DNA from: Moniliella sp. 'wahieum'
Lineage: Eukaryota
Length of the DNA: 64,000 bases
Assembly (NCBI GenBank): GCA_003971905.1
Contig: RSEE01000025.1
Location: 248,001-312,000, forward strand
Direction: 5' to 3'
Part shown: piece by piece, positions 38,101 through 51,586 of the stretch
How positions within the stretch are numbered: the stretch's first letter is position 1
Layout of the letters: every line of letters begins with the position of its first letter
Position numbers and translations under genes: made by a program
The notes under the pieces: generated by a model
The model's database searches: none
What the model was told of the DNA's origin: nothing
The model's input: the letters and a program-made list of their open reading frames with translations, nothing else

Positions 38101-40187
38101 AATGGCGATGGTTCACCGCTCGGATGTCTACTACGCTCATCCGTATCCACACGCGCTTCCTTTGGTCCAGGAACGGATGGCGGGCACCAGAGAGTCCTGA
38201 TCTCCGGGTGCTTCCCTGGTTGCTCAAACGGATTCGGCGCTATCAAGCACTGTGGCACACGCAAGATGAACGGTTCGGTTTAGGTGCACCGTTAGTTTCT
38301 TTGTCCAGCCTTAAGCTCTGTCAATGATTTGGATGCAGTATAGAGATCCTAAAACGTCCATAGGAGAGATTACTTTTGCATGGCTCATGGGCTCCCCATC
38401 AGCACAGCTATTCACATCTGACTCGCCCCCACCCCCCTCGAGGGGAAAGGCAGGAGACCTGTCATGAATCATCACCGCATCCACTCTGTATGTTCCAGCA
38501 GAGGGATATGAGGAACAGCACTGCTGCCACAGAGGCCCATGAATAGTACCCATCAGCCTCCTCCAGTGGACGGCGACCAATGTAAAATCCTCCTCACCCG
38601 CGCTTCCTCTCTCACCACTATCCCAGGTCCGATCGTTCTCGCCATGTCCTACATACAGCAAAATACTCTGCCTTGTTTTGCATTATTATCCTCCGCACTT
38701 CTATACTGGTCCCATCCCCTATCGGGCACGACCGAGCATAAGCCGATCTATCCGGGCCCATCCTCGCCTGGTCCATCCGTACTAGGTCTGGGCCCGCGTC
38801 TTGAATCCGTCTTCCAGTGAGGTGCCACGCCCGGAAACGCACTCGTCCCCAGAGAAGACCCAACGCGTTCATCGTTGGAATTAGCGATTGCCCTCCGGCG
38901 TGGCCTACTCTTTACCCTTCTCGCTTCCCCCTCGGAGCATGATGTTCAGGGTAGTGAAGCAACTCGCGTCGATTAGTGACAATATTTCCCCCATCATGTC
39001 GGATGAACAGATGGCGCTATCCGAGTATATGCCACCTCTCGCTCTGGCACGAAATATGCAAGCTGTCGACCTTCGGGGTCAGGATGAGGACTTGACAATG
39101 AGGACTTGACACCAAGTCCGTCCGCGTTCACACCGCAAACAGATGGGATTCTCATCTACCAAACATTCGCTATACCTGTTCCCCTTCCGCGCGTCGACAC
39201 ACCTACCGCAAGAGCAAATGATGGTGCGTTTTCCCTCCCATCCTATGTTCTCTTCCCATATGCTTGTGACCCTCTGTTTGGACTCCCGTTCACAAAAAGT
39301 CGTCACTATGCTGCATTCCCCTACCGCTTTAGGACCCGAAGCTGCCTCCGACCCCCCTGATTTCACTTTGATCGTCGCCTCCACTGAGCGTGGTTTCACC
39401 TTAATTGTTTCTCTGGTGGCCCCACTGATCTATTGGGCCCCATTCCCTCGGATGCCATCCCGCACAGGCGGACATTCAGTTCCTGGGACCGTTTCGACCT
39501 CTCCCTGCGCTCTTACAGATGTGGGATGACTCGGGCATGCTTTTTCTTTGATCGCGAGGCTATAGATCAGTGCATTCTAAGCTTTACCCCCTACGGGCAA
39601 TATGGCTTTTGAGATTCAGGATCGAGACCCAAGTTCGTTCGACCGATTCGGCTTGAAGGAGAAAGAAAGTGATACACTGGTTTAGTCTTTTCGATGGTTC
39701 TCTTCCTTTGGTATCATTGCTCAATCTTGGGATCGGCTTCTCTCGCCAACATATACCTTCTTTGGCTATTGATGTGCTTTATGGCCTTCTGTGGTTTAGT
39801 GAACGCCGTCCCATTGTAATAGGCCACGCTCCTTGTCCTTCGTTAATTTTGACGGCCCCAATATACACCTTTCACCCCATCCGTGCCTGTATGCGATCTT
39901 TATATCCTTGCCGCATATACACTGCACACACTACTGATAGGCGGTATTGGTCGCATTCCATCACTTCCACAGCATCCTTGAGATCTCTTCTAATGTCCAA
40001 CATCTACCCAGGCTATGCTGTTTCGCCCCTTTCCGTACATCTCAACGGCCGAGCTACGAACACTTGACTGGCTACGTCTTCCTACCCAACACATGCACCA
40101 GCCAGGACATCTTGTTCAAGAAAGGGGGAGAGGGAGAGGGGGGCAGTATAACGGTGGGAAAGCGGGGGCGGTGGGCACGGGTGGCAA

Positions 40188-42186
40188 TTACACACGCCCT
40201 GCGGTCACCGAAGCAGGAAGCGAGGTGAGCGCCTTTTGGGCAAAGTACCGCACATCCGCGTCTGGGTCTTCCTTCAGCTTCGCCAGACCGGGTAGGATGG
40301 TGGTCTGCAACGCTTCGTGCGCCAGTTGCTGTTCGGCCGGCGTCGGCGGCGGAAGCGGCGCCGGCGCAGCTGCCTTCTCCTTAGTCTCTCCCTCGGCAGC
40401 CGCACCCGCCCCAGGGGCCGGGTCGGGATCGCGCGTACCGAGCAGCAAATGCGTCAGCACTTCCAGTGCTTTGGCGACGTTGAACCGAATGTTGGGAATG
40501 GGATCAGCCATCAGCGCCGAGACCGTCGGCAGCACCGTTTTTGCAATCGTCGGCCGGTCCAGGGCCGGAGCCATGGTCGAGATAGCAAAGATGGTGGTCA
40601 TGCGGTAGAGGTAGTTGGGGTGCTTTCCAAGCTCCAACACTTTGGGCAAAATGGCCTGCTTGGCCCACTCAACCCCAAACACCTCGGTCAACTTGCGCAG
40701 GTTGACCGTCGCCGCTTCCCGGATGGAGAATACTGTATCGCCCAGCCAGGTCATACACAACACCGACAGCTGCTCATCAAAGAAGGCCATTCCCAGTTGT
40801 TGAGCGAGGAGCGGGATGTAGTTAATGATCGCCTCCCGCACACGCCACTGCTTGTCCTCCGCAAGTTCAACAATCGCAGGCAGGAGCGACTGCGATAGCG
40901 AGTCAATGCCGATCACTGCAACCCGACTGGGTTAGCTCTCCATCAACCGAGCAGACAAGCGGAAACAACATACCTTCGTTTACTTGGTCGAGTTTGGAGA
41001 TGATGTGAAGGCGGACATCGGGGAAATCATCCTTGAGCAGGTTCAAAAAATTGGCAAAAGATGCTCAGTCGTAGCCTCCTTGCCCAGCAGCGGGGCCAAC
41101 CCCGAAATTTGCAAGGCCAGGACAGCTCGAACGTGTTGACTCGCGTCGTTCGACAGATCACGGACGACGGGGAAGATGCGGGAAAGCACGATCGAGGGAT
41201 CGTTGATCAGTTTGGCAAACCCGGGAAGCTGGCTTGTTGCCGCCGTGCGAACCTCCGCCTCATTGTCCTGAAGCAGATGCACAAACGCAACCACCAGTTC
41301 GTTCCTCACAATCTCCTGCCCCACTGCCGTAGCCAGCTTGACAAAGTTGTCGGCAGCCATGTAGCGAACGCGCCAGCTCTTGTCTCCGACCGAAGCGCGG
41401 ATCGAAGGCAGCATGTAACCGGCACCTCTTCAGGCGCCAGTTCCTCCGAGATGGCAACCAAGTCTTCAACGGTCAAGAGGCGCACGCTGTTGGTCGTCCG
41501 ACGACAAGCGGCGATAAAGTGGGATCGCATCACTCACCACCAGCTCCTTGCCCAATACCTTGACAAAACCCTAAAGTGCATTTATGTCAGTCTCAGTCGG
41601 AGGAATAAAAGAAGAAACGTACTGCAAGATCGCGCGCAGCAGCGCGGCGGACCATGGGGGTCTCATCAGCACAGAGCTTGGCAAACTTCTCGCGCAGCTC
41701 AGCCTGAGTCTGGAGGCTGACCTTGGGGTAAACCGGGGTAAAAAGGGCGGTAGAGGAGGTGCGGGAGGTGAACCAGTCGCCAGTAGCAAGACGGCGGAGG
41801 AGAGCCATGTAATACTCCTCAATCTGCTGCGTGCTGAGCACGGTCGAGATTTTGGCGATGGACTCTGTCGCCTTGTCGCGGACGACGGCCTCCTCAACGG
41901 CGGCGAGGTTTTCCAACGGCGGGAGCAGCAAGTGGGCGTAGGCGGGACCACCAATGTAATCGACGAAGGGGACGCTCAGCTCCTCAGCAAGAGCCATCAG
42001 CACCTCGTCCTCGTCATCGAGGCTGTCCTGGAGGAAGGTGATGAGCTCGCCGCGCGCCCGCTCGGGGCCAAGTGCGAGCGCAATGGTGCCGAGGCGGCGG
42101 ATGGCGTTGAGGCGCAGATTCACATCGTCACTCTTGAGCTCATCGATGAGAACAGCGATGGGGTACAGCTGCTCGTCGGTCTCCAT
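40188..42186 (-). CDS. TPD3: Protein phosphatase 2A scaffold (A) subunit, HEAT repeats
   Basis: [100 protein letters not shown]. At least two introns. Confidence 0.97.
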
Positions 42187-42712
42187 GGTGGGCAAGCACA
42201 GCAGGAGGTCGCCAAGAGAAGGTGGTGGAGACGGGCGACGGGCACCGCCCGGGGCTGTGGTCGCGCCTCCCGCTGGGCTGGGGTCGAGGGGCGACACTGG
42301 CGCCGTTCGAAACAACCCTACGGGCGCATGCTGTGCGCTGGAGCGCACTGCTGACGTAACAGGGCAGCCCCCTGCCCCCGCACGGCCCGCGCAGTCACGT
42401 GGGGCGAACTGCAAGGATGAAGCTGAAGGATCGTGTGTGGTGTTCATCTATCACCGGCCGGTCACCGCTCGTCCCGGCTTCCACGTTTCCACGTCGGCGC
42501 TCGCCGGGTTCCACGTTCCCGCTTCTCGGCCGGCCGTCCCGCTGGTCCGGCGGGTAGACAAGGAGACGCCCCGATAACCGATGCCGATTATCGCTTCGTG
42601 GTCGATCACCGATTCTGCGGATTACGCCAGCGAGGGTGCCCCGCCGTTCGCCCCGCCAGCGTCATCTCCGTTAGGCGCCGATCCCAGCCGCTCGCCCACC
42701 ACCACCTGAACC

Positions 42713-43823
42713 ATGGCCGGCGACCTCGTACTTGTGACCGGTGCGACCGGCTTCCTTGCGCAGCACGTCGTGGCTGCCGTCCTGGCCGCCCCCGAGCTCT
42801 ACCGCGTGCGCGGCACTGTGCGCAGTTTGGCTGCGTCGCAGGAACGCGTCTACAATGCCCTGGCAAACCCAGCCGACAAGGCGCGCGTCGAGTTGGTTGA
42901 AGTCAAGGATACGGCTTCTTCGGACCTGACGGAGGCCATGGACGGGGTTACGTATGTGCTGCACGTCGCCCCCCTACGTTATCACCAACGTGACCGATGT
43001 CGAGACCCAACTGCTTCATCCGGCTGTCGAGGGGACGCTCAACGCACTACGGTATGCCGCCAAAGCCCCCACTGTGCGCCGTGTTGTGGTTACCTCGTCG
43101 TTTGCGGCTGTCACCGACTTTACCAAGGGCGGCCCCAATCGGCCAGGCTTCACATACACCCCGCAAGACTGGCAGCCGTTTGGCCGTGCTGAGGCCTTGA
43201 CACAAGGGGGGCGGTCGCCTATAGTGCAAGCAAAAAGCTGGCAGAGAAGGCAGCGTGGGACTTTGTCAAAGAGCACAAGCCTCAGTTCGACCTTGCCACG
43301 ATCAATCCCCCCATGATCTATGGAACCAGCCTTCCATGGGCGACACGCAAGACACTCAACACGAGCTCGGCTGCAATTTACAATGTGCGTATACTCCGTC
43401 TGATGACGTTTGCGTATTGTGAGCTAACGTGGTTGCCCCTTGGCCTTGCAGCTTATCTCGAATGCGCCGGAAATGCCTGGTGACCGTCTTCCTCTCTTCT
43501 GCTCGGCCCCGGATGTAGCCGAAGCCCACGTACGGGCCATGGCGACTCCTACAGCCGGAGGCAAGCGCTTCCTTTTGTCAGGCGGGGCTTTCAATTGGGG
43601 TGCTGCCGTCCACCATATCGCGCAAACCTTCCCCGAACTGAAGACTCGTCTTCCTAACGGATGGGAAGAATCTACTATCAAGACGCAAGAGTCGTATGCG
43701 GTGCTTGATACATCGTATGCCACGGATCTGCTGCACATGTCGTTTGACACGTGGCAAAAGACGTTGGATGTGTGCATCAAGGACTTAGTCCATCTGGAGA
43801 GCCTTCCTCAGTGGAACGCATAA
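42713..43823 (+). CDS. Gre2/Ari1-like NADPH-dependent aldehyde (methylglyoxal) reductase
   Basis: VLVTGATGFLAQHV..VRGTVRS; LLHPAVEGTLNAL..VRRVVVTSSFAAV; YSASKKLAEKAAW; TINPPMIYG; DVAEAHVRA. Intron ~43385-43451. Confidence 0.9.
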
Positions 43824-44408
43824 TGCCCTTTGTTTGGAATGTCCATGCAATAAAGAAATGCACGTATGCCTATCGGACTGTATTGCCTCCGACGCTTCCG
43901 CTTCGCGTCTTGCGGCAAACATGAATCTGCATGATAGTAGTGCTGCGTCTATCGGGAGGTAATTGTGGAACATACATTCACCCCCAAACACTTCGGTCCA
44001 TTGTCCAGGGCCAGACGAGCTGTTGCTGGCAGCCTCAGCCATCCGGATGCTATTCATGTCGTGGTGCGCCAGAAGAGCTTGGTTATGGGACGATGCAAGT
44101 AAGCTTACAGGTTGTATATGCGGTGCAGTAGTTTAAATGGGGGGGGGTCGCCGTCGATTGGGAGAGGCACAAGTGGACTGCCACAGGAAGCCCCTCCTCG
44201 GCCGTCTGTGTCGCGACGCGGCAGCAGATTGCCTTCGCGACTGAAGGTCGAGATGAAACATCAGTACACTCTACACCCGTCGAGCTTCAGTATCAGCAGT
44301 CCTGCCTTGCTCACCAAGGACAAGTTGACCATTCCGGACCTTGGGGTACTAGCGCTGTGCTAATATGGGACGAATGAATTGATTCAAGATTGAATGTGGG
44401 GGGAGTTT

Positions 44409-47400
44409 TCAAGACGATATCAGGGGAGGTGCAGCTGAGGGTATGTGGTCTGAGAAAGGTAGGGACGTGCAGTGGACATCAGCCGGGGTACTAGTTGACA
44501 GGTAGGAACAGACAAGGGTGATTTTCGGCCAGATACAGGAGAGGCAAAATCCATGAAGCGATCCCTCATAGTAGGTGAAATGAGGGATGATAGAATCGAA
44601 AGTATACTTGCACGGCTCGTCGTTTCCGAATGTCTCTTGTAGCGGTGGGCCTTCAGTTGGGTTTTGGCCAATCAGCTCGTCGATGATCACGTCCAGAAGG
44701 GTATACAGGAGATGTTTGTTGAGCCGCTGGTTTTGCACCATGGCAAACAGGCAACGCACACCGCGTCGAGCGTTTTGACGGCCGATCATATTGGCCGCCA
44801 TCTCTGGTCAAGCGGCAGAAAAATCAGGCCCAGATCAGTTAGGAGTGACGCGGCACACAGAAAGACAAGAAAACGTACCAGGGATCAGGGTTGAGAGTTG
44901 TTCGTTGGCACGCTCGCGTGTCTCTGCCTTTTGTACCGGAGGCGTTGCTCTCCTCCTTTACGCCGCTCTCCGCCCGGCCAGAGCGACTGAGCGCCAGAGA
45001 GATGTATCGATTCAAGGCCGCTACCGACGTCCAACTAGTCAGGGTATCGGACACACGGCGTTGAATCGTTCCGGCGAGCAGCTGCTGCAAAACAATCACA
45101 ACGGCTTGGCGTCGGAGCCAGTTGTCGGCCGACTGTAGTTCGAAAATCTCGATAAACAGATCCGAAATGGAGACGAGCGTCGCATTCGTCGTCTGCGCCT
45201 CTTGTACTTGAGCATCGGATCGTTTGCCCAAAGAGGCCCAGCTCGGGCCCAAAGGGACAGGCGCCCAGACGCTCAGCGGACTTTCCATAGACAATTGCTG
45301 CAGCACCGCATCAAACATGGATGCTGGATTGATCAGATCGTCCAAGCCTTCAGCCACACCCGTGGCACCCTTCACGAATGTATCGAGCAGACTACGACTT
45401 GTCGAGGGTCCCGCCACCGGTCCGCCGGGGTAGGTGCCCCCCTGCGCAAAAAGGCATACACCTCAGATGAAGCGCATGCCGCATCGTTGGCGACGAGCAG
45501 TTGGAGGTAGCGCTCGAGCGCAGCCCGGCGCTGGTCCAAGAACATGGGTGAGGTCATCGGCACTAAACGCCGACCAGGAAGCTCAGACTCGAGTGCACGC
45601 ACACCCGGAATCACATCCTTCAGGGCTTGATGCAACGCCCAAAACTCCGAGTAGCGTCGTTGCACAATCCACCCTGAGGCCAACTGTGGCTCTCGCCCTC
45701 CTACTCCAGGGTGAAGGAGATGGACTTCAATCAAATAGTGGGCATACTCGCGCCCGTCTGCGTCGCGCTTCAGCTGGTACGCCTGGATTAGCACCCGCAC
45801 CAAACCCGGAACCAAGTGGTCTGGATACACCGAGGTACGATGCTCTTCGGCCTGTCGTCGCTGCACCGACACTGTGGCAAGCTCACGGGCAACGGCTCGT
45901 TGAGACTTTTGGATTACCCGCACTTGCTCTGTGCTCGCGCCAGTTTGCTCAGCATTGCGAAGCAAATTGCCCAACAATTCTTCCTCCTTTTTCAACCGCT
46001 CGCCCGCTCTCCCAATTGGCGAAGGGAAGTGAACTCGGCCTTGGGGGCAATTTGAGCCTTTTGCACCGCCGCGTCTTGCAGCTCGGGCATGATGGGTCGA
46101 CCCGCTTCGTCACGACGTTCAACTGATTTTTGCTGCGTCCGTGAAGGTTCTGGATGCTCGGTGAGGATAAGAGACTGCAGAGCGCGGTCTGAATGGCATC
46201 CATCCGTTCAATCCATCGGCCCCCCTAGGCTCAGGGCTCGGGATAGGGTGCAGGGGATCTGTTTCGCCAAAAAGATTGTCGGAAAAGAGAGGCGAGCGAC
46301 CATCGTTCCCTCGAGTCTGAATGGCAGTCAGGTAGTCCAAGTTGGTCTTACGGGCGGCGCTTGACTGTTGCCGCCAGTCTGACCAAAGAGCGCATCTTCG
46401 TCATCTTGACCAAATAGCTCGGCATGCGCCTTTTGGTCCACGGGCCGCACGCGCACCACTTTCGCATCATCCTGGCGAACGCCCTCGACCAATTGATACG
46501 GTTTGGCGGGGGCAGCGCATTGAGGGTGCGCGCCCATTCTTGCCGTGCTTGGTGGTAGAGCTCGGAGTGGGAGAAAGGCGGCCAGTCCCTTCTTTCATGC
46601 TGTGTAGACTTGGTTCTGGGCCCGCATAACAGCATGCCGCGTCCGGCGTACGTCGGTCGATGTGATTCGGCTGCGACTCTCAGGATCCTGGGCATTGCGA
46701 AGGAAGGTTTGAATCGCCTCCCGTTCACGCGCATGGATCGGGACTGCAGGGGAGGAGAGGTATTCATCCAAAAACAGCTGCAGATCGTCCCGCAGTGTTT
46801 GCACCGTCTCTGCGTCGACTCCAGGAACAGGCTCAGGGAAAGCCAACCCAATATCCATATCATCGTCTTTGTCCAGATCCGTATCAACGGTTTCGAGTGG
46901 ATCCTTAAATGTGTTGACCACCAACCAGAACTGGAGAGCGGGGGACTTGTCCCTCCGCTCCTCAAACTCCATAAAGTATGACAGAGCAGCCGAGTTGTGC
47001 AGCACCACATCAAACCCAAATGGCGGAAGAATCGGTTGGGACTGCGAAGGGGACGGCAGATGGCCTCCAAGATCGGCAATGCGTTGATCCGCCTTGTTTA
47101 TCGCTTGTTGGATCTTGCGCGCTGACACGCGCGCCAAGCGCACCTCAGTACCTGAAGAGGCGCCATGACGCGATTCGATAAAACGATTTACTTTGCGTTG
47201 CCGGGTCTCGAGGTCGTTCCGCAATTGCCGCACTTCGACGATCGATTGCTTCCTACCAATCGTTTCCAACAGCGCATCATACCGCCCCATATTGCCCGTC
47301 TTCCGGGGGCTGGGGCAGCAGGACAGGCGGAGGTGGAGGGTCGTCAACATGCTGATCGAGAAACTCTCGCAGCCGCTCGATCATATGTTGTTCCTGCAGT

Positions 47401-48560
47401 GCGTCCCCAGCACGGCGACTGAGCTGCTGGTTGACAAAGTCCGGGTCGGAAAGCATGTCAAGCAACGGCTGGGTCACGGTACCTGTTAGAATATCACGAA
47501 GGCTCACAGCGAGCACCGACAGCTGTAGTCTCGCTCTGGAAGGAGCGCCTTCAGCACCCGTCCACTAGCCTTGAGAGGTACCGCATCTCGCTAGGTCGAC
47601 TGGCAACACTGGCCAGCGTAGACACCGCGGGATGTAGCCGACCAGAGCGGTACGCCTTGGCAAGAAAAAGGTCGTCTTGCCCTGTTTGCGTCAAGCCATC
47701 GAGCGTCACGTCGCCGTCGCCGCCATGGAGTGTAATCTCGGCCTTGCGAAACTGAGCCACGTGTTCGGTCAGCACGGGGAGGAGCTTGGTGGTAAGTAGC
47801 CGCTCAAGGTCCATCCGCTGCAGGCGCGCACACGCCTGGTCGATCACCATGTACAAGCTGTCCTCCACCGCGTGGGGGAATGCGCCGGGCGAGGCGAATT
47901 CGGTTTCGTCCTGTTCGGGAGGCAGGAGCCGGGCGTGCCAGGAACGGACAAAGTCACGCATGATATAGGCGATCAGTTGGCGCACGCCGGGACGAAGCGG
48001 GTATGGCACACTGCGCAGGCTCGCCTCGGCCTCTTGCGCATCGGATGTGGGCGCCTGGGAGGCAACGTATGCGTCGAGGCCATCTGGAGTAGCAAGGTGC
48101 AGAGGGCGTACGGGAGGCAGGGAGCGGGGACCGAGGTTGCCGTAGCGCTGCTCGAGAAGAGCGAGGAGGATGGGAAGGGCCAGTACTGCGGCCAACGCGC
48201 CCACCAGCGTCGAAAGAGGTAGCGCCAGCAGTACCCACGCAGGCCAGGGGACGTGCAGGACGAGGCGCTGACAACAACCAAGCCAACCAATTGGGGAGCG
48301 CTGAGCGGAAGGGGCGGGGCGGAGGCGGAGAGCGGGCAGTGGACACGGCGATGGCGGCGGCGGCGGTCCAGAGGGGGGTGGAGGCGTGGACAGCACGCTG
48401 CCCATTGCAGAGACGTGCATGGGAGCGGCCAGGGCGCCGGCCAGAGTCGGAGGGTGTGCGGGCAAGAAAGCACATGCGCCTCAGGAGGCCTGCACTCCCC
48501 TCTCGCGCCCGGCTGAGGTAATAAACCAGGGCCGCCGGGGCGAGCAATGGCTGTAAACAT
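44409..48560 (-). CDS. MDM1: PXA-RGS-PX-Nexin_C sorting nexin (Mdm1/SNX13-14 family)
   Basis: N-terminal hydrophobic segments; PXA LIAYIMRDFVRSW..LSDPDFVNQ; RGS VLHNSAALSYFMEF..LQFWL; PX WIVQRRYSEFWALHQALK..RRAALERYLQ; Nexin_C DLFIEIFEL..NWLRRQAVVIVLQQLL..QNQRLNKHLLY. Confidence 0.92.
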
Positions 48561-49446
48561 TCGCCACTCCGCCCTGCGTCCTCTGCGTGGCGTGCCAGCC
48601 GTGCCGCGTCTCAGGCGGGGGCCATCGCTGGCGCAGGCTCTCACCACGAGGTGCGCCACGCGAACCGCGGCAATCCCACTGGGCGCGTTACCGTTCTTGC
48701 CCTTTCTCCGCCCACTTCGTCCCCATCAGGTGCCTAGATTGCTGGCGCTGCCAAGGGTGGAACGTTCAACTGGCCCTGCGGGGGGCGGCAGTTATACCAC
48801 GTCTCCTCCGTCTCCAGTAAGCAACATGCCCCCCCCAGTTGTCGCCCGACTGGGGTGGGTTGGATCGGACGCGGGCTGCAACCTGGCCCACGCTCTGCCA
48901 GTCTCGGCCGAAAGGTAACGCTGCAGGAAAAGAAGCAGCTACTAGTGTCTGGCAGGAGCCTAGGAACGGCGACGGATGCGGAATGTTTTGTCAGGTTGTC
49001 AACATGTCGGGTGAATGACGTGGGGCCCATCCAACGTGCTACACACCCTGCCCTTGGCTCCCTCCTCTAAACTGGAGGAGAGGATCCAAAATGCTATGGT
49101 CACACCGTGCCGCCATGCTATATTAGCTGTACGCACACGCTAATAGCAACAACAGGCAGCCGAACGGTACAGGATGCGCATATGCACTAAGAAGGGGGGG
49201 GGCTGCTGAAAGACCCTCCTAGTATTGACAGACAGAACCAGGGCCGAGACCGAGAGGCCGAGAGAGACAGAGAGGCAGAGAAAACGAACGCGAGAGACAT
49301 CCCACCAGAGAGACAGTTGGAAGGTTTGACAAAAAAACTGTCATGATCGTAGGGACAGAGGGCAGGGGGGATGAGGAACACACAGCAGGCAGAGTCAGTC
49401 AATGACACAAAGCGTGACAACGAATGGAAATATGATGCCCGACGAC

Positions 49447-49510
49447 ACAGGACACCGACGCAGGACACCGACGCAGGACACCGACGCAGGACACCGACGC
49501 AGGACACCGA
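49447..49510. repeat. 13-bp minisatellite (CAGGACACCGACG), about 5 copies, just downstream of the bZIP gene
   Basis: caggacaccgacg repeated perfectly 4 times plus a partial copy. Confidence 0.9.
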
Positions 49511-49549
49511 GGGTGGAGTCGCAAACAACCCGCTGGCTGCCCGTCTCGG

Positions 49550-51586
49550 TTACTGCACATCAATCTTTTTCCCATTTATCGGCGCAATCGGCTGCCTAAA
49601 CCCGTTTGACGGGGGAGGCGGCGGCATTTGACCATACGCATACTCTGCCGCCGTCTCAGGATGAGAGGGCAGTGTGCGCGGGGCAAAGGTAGGCCGTGCC
49701 ATTTGCGCGAGGTAGGTCTGCCCGGGCGAAGGAACCGAGGTGGAGGCAGTTCCGGAGGCGGAGACGGGCGGGGAGGGAGGGGTGCGGCGGGGGCCGCGGG
49801 CATGCTCGACGGCGGCTGGGATGCTTGGTGGCTCGTGTGGGGCAGCTGTGCGCGCAAATACGCACTCTCCTGCTGCAACACCTCCACTGTCGATTTCAGC
49901 ATCCCGTTTTCCTGTCGCAAGGCCTCGACCGTTTGCTGCAGGGATTGCAGCCAGGCCTTCTTACGCTGCCGGCACTTGAGGGCCGCCTGACGGTTGCGCT
50001 CCAAAAAGTTCTTGCGCTTGTCTTCCTCCGTATTGCCGCCGTGAGGCCCAATCGAAGCTTCCTCGTCGCTCTCCTCTTCGGGCGAGTGCTTGATTTGGCG
50101 TGCCCGCTTGGGTTCTCCACGCGCCTTTTTGCCGCGCCCAATGGACCGGCTTTTGCCCGTGCCCGCTACGGAGGGGGTGGTCTCTTCTGCTGCGTTGTCC
50201 GAAATTTTGCGCTTAGCCCCAGACTGTGCACTGGTCGCCCCCTCGGCACTTTCCTCTTTTATCGGCGGGTGTGGAATGGACTGGAGAGCCTGCGCAGCTG
50301 CCTGGGCGGCAGCCGTGTGACCCTCGCGCTTTGTTAGTTCATGGTGGGCTCGGCTTAGCATGTACAGTCCCGAAGCCGCCGAACGAGCAATGTTGGTACG
50401 GGCGGTGTTGATCCACGCACCATGGGCTGCGAAGGCGAGCCATTCCTGGGCTGTGCAGCACGGTCGTCGTTCCGTCAGCAGCGACCTGGGGGACGACCGA
50501 GTTGCGCAGCCGCGAGCCAGGACGGTCGCTTGTCGCTGAAGCGTTCACACCACGGCCGGAAAAGTAATCGGCCGATCCCTCCGTCGTTGCCAAAGGCGCT
50601 CCGGTTTGGTGGCTGGCGGTACGCTTCGGGGTGCTGGCTTGGGTCAACGCGTTGATCGTGTTGGGCGTCAATGTTGCTGGTGCACCAGCCTGGGAAGGAG
50701 GGGCACTAATGGCGAGCGTACCCGACGCGGCGACGGTGCCAGAGGAACTATTGGAGGCGTTATTGGAAGAGGCCATAAGGAAAGCGGCATTGTTGGCACT
50801 GGTGAGAGGCCCGTTCATCCCTGATCCAAGTGGCGTAAGACCGGTCTTGAAGTTGGGCATGTCTGGGGTCAAGCCCGTGCGAAACGCCGACACGTCAAAC
50901 CCTTGCTGGGAGGCTGATGGAGCGCCGAGCATGGCGGGACTCAGCGGGCCATCACGGAGCGAGGTGACCCAATTGAATGGGTGGCTTCCGTCCGACGGAG
51001 AGGTGAGGGCGACGATGCCTGGCAACGCCTTGGGTGCACTGGCACTAGCAGAGGTAGTAGCGGCTGTGCTAGCACTGCCGCCACCTGTTCCTGACCCAAC
51101 ACTGGACACAGAGCCCGAATTAACGCCATGGCTGCGGACCGGTGTACTGGGTCGACCTTCGGCCGAGACGGAGGCATGGGAAGGCAGGCGTTGCTGTGAC
51201 TGAAACGGTGATTCAAGGCCAGTCGACTGGTTGGCAGCCTGTGCATCTCGGGTAAATTGTTTGCCTGTGGGTTTCTCAGGCGAGGGTTTGCTAGTGTCTG
51301 CACAGGCCTTGGAGGTGCGGGCGATGGCTGTGGAGGGGGAAGTAGGGTCAGAACGACAGTGAGCTTTGGGAGCAATGGTGGAGCTCGGGGACTCTTTGGA
51401 CTTGGGCTTGGCAGGAGGCGAGGGGCTGGAAGGAGTGGGGTGCGAGCGGACAGACGGTGACCGGAAGGAGACTTCAAAAGGATTGGGTTCGAGCTGAAGG
51501 CGAGAGGCGCGTGGAGCTCCGTTGGAGGCTGGCAGTGGTGAGGGGGAGTGGGAGCGGGACGGCGAGGAAGAGGAAGAGGCAGACAT
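49550..51586 (-). CDS. ATF1: ATF/CREB bZIP transcription factor (Atf1/Sko1-type)
   Basis: RLQLEPNPFEVSF (OSA), LPGIVALTSP..SLRDGPLSPAML (HRA), RTGLTP (HRR), bZIP EEDKRKNFLERNRQAALKCRQRKKAWLQSL. Confidence 0.92.

Noticed and set aside
42187..42447. In-frame N-terminal extension of PP2A-A, and likewise of ATG18 at 56336-56662
   Set aside because: Conserved protein starts at the downstream ATG; open frames upstream are expected in GC-rich leaders.
49447..49510. CRISPR-like array
   Set aside because: Direct tandem 13-mers without spacers, in a eukaryote; a simple minisatellite.
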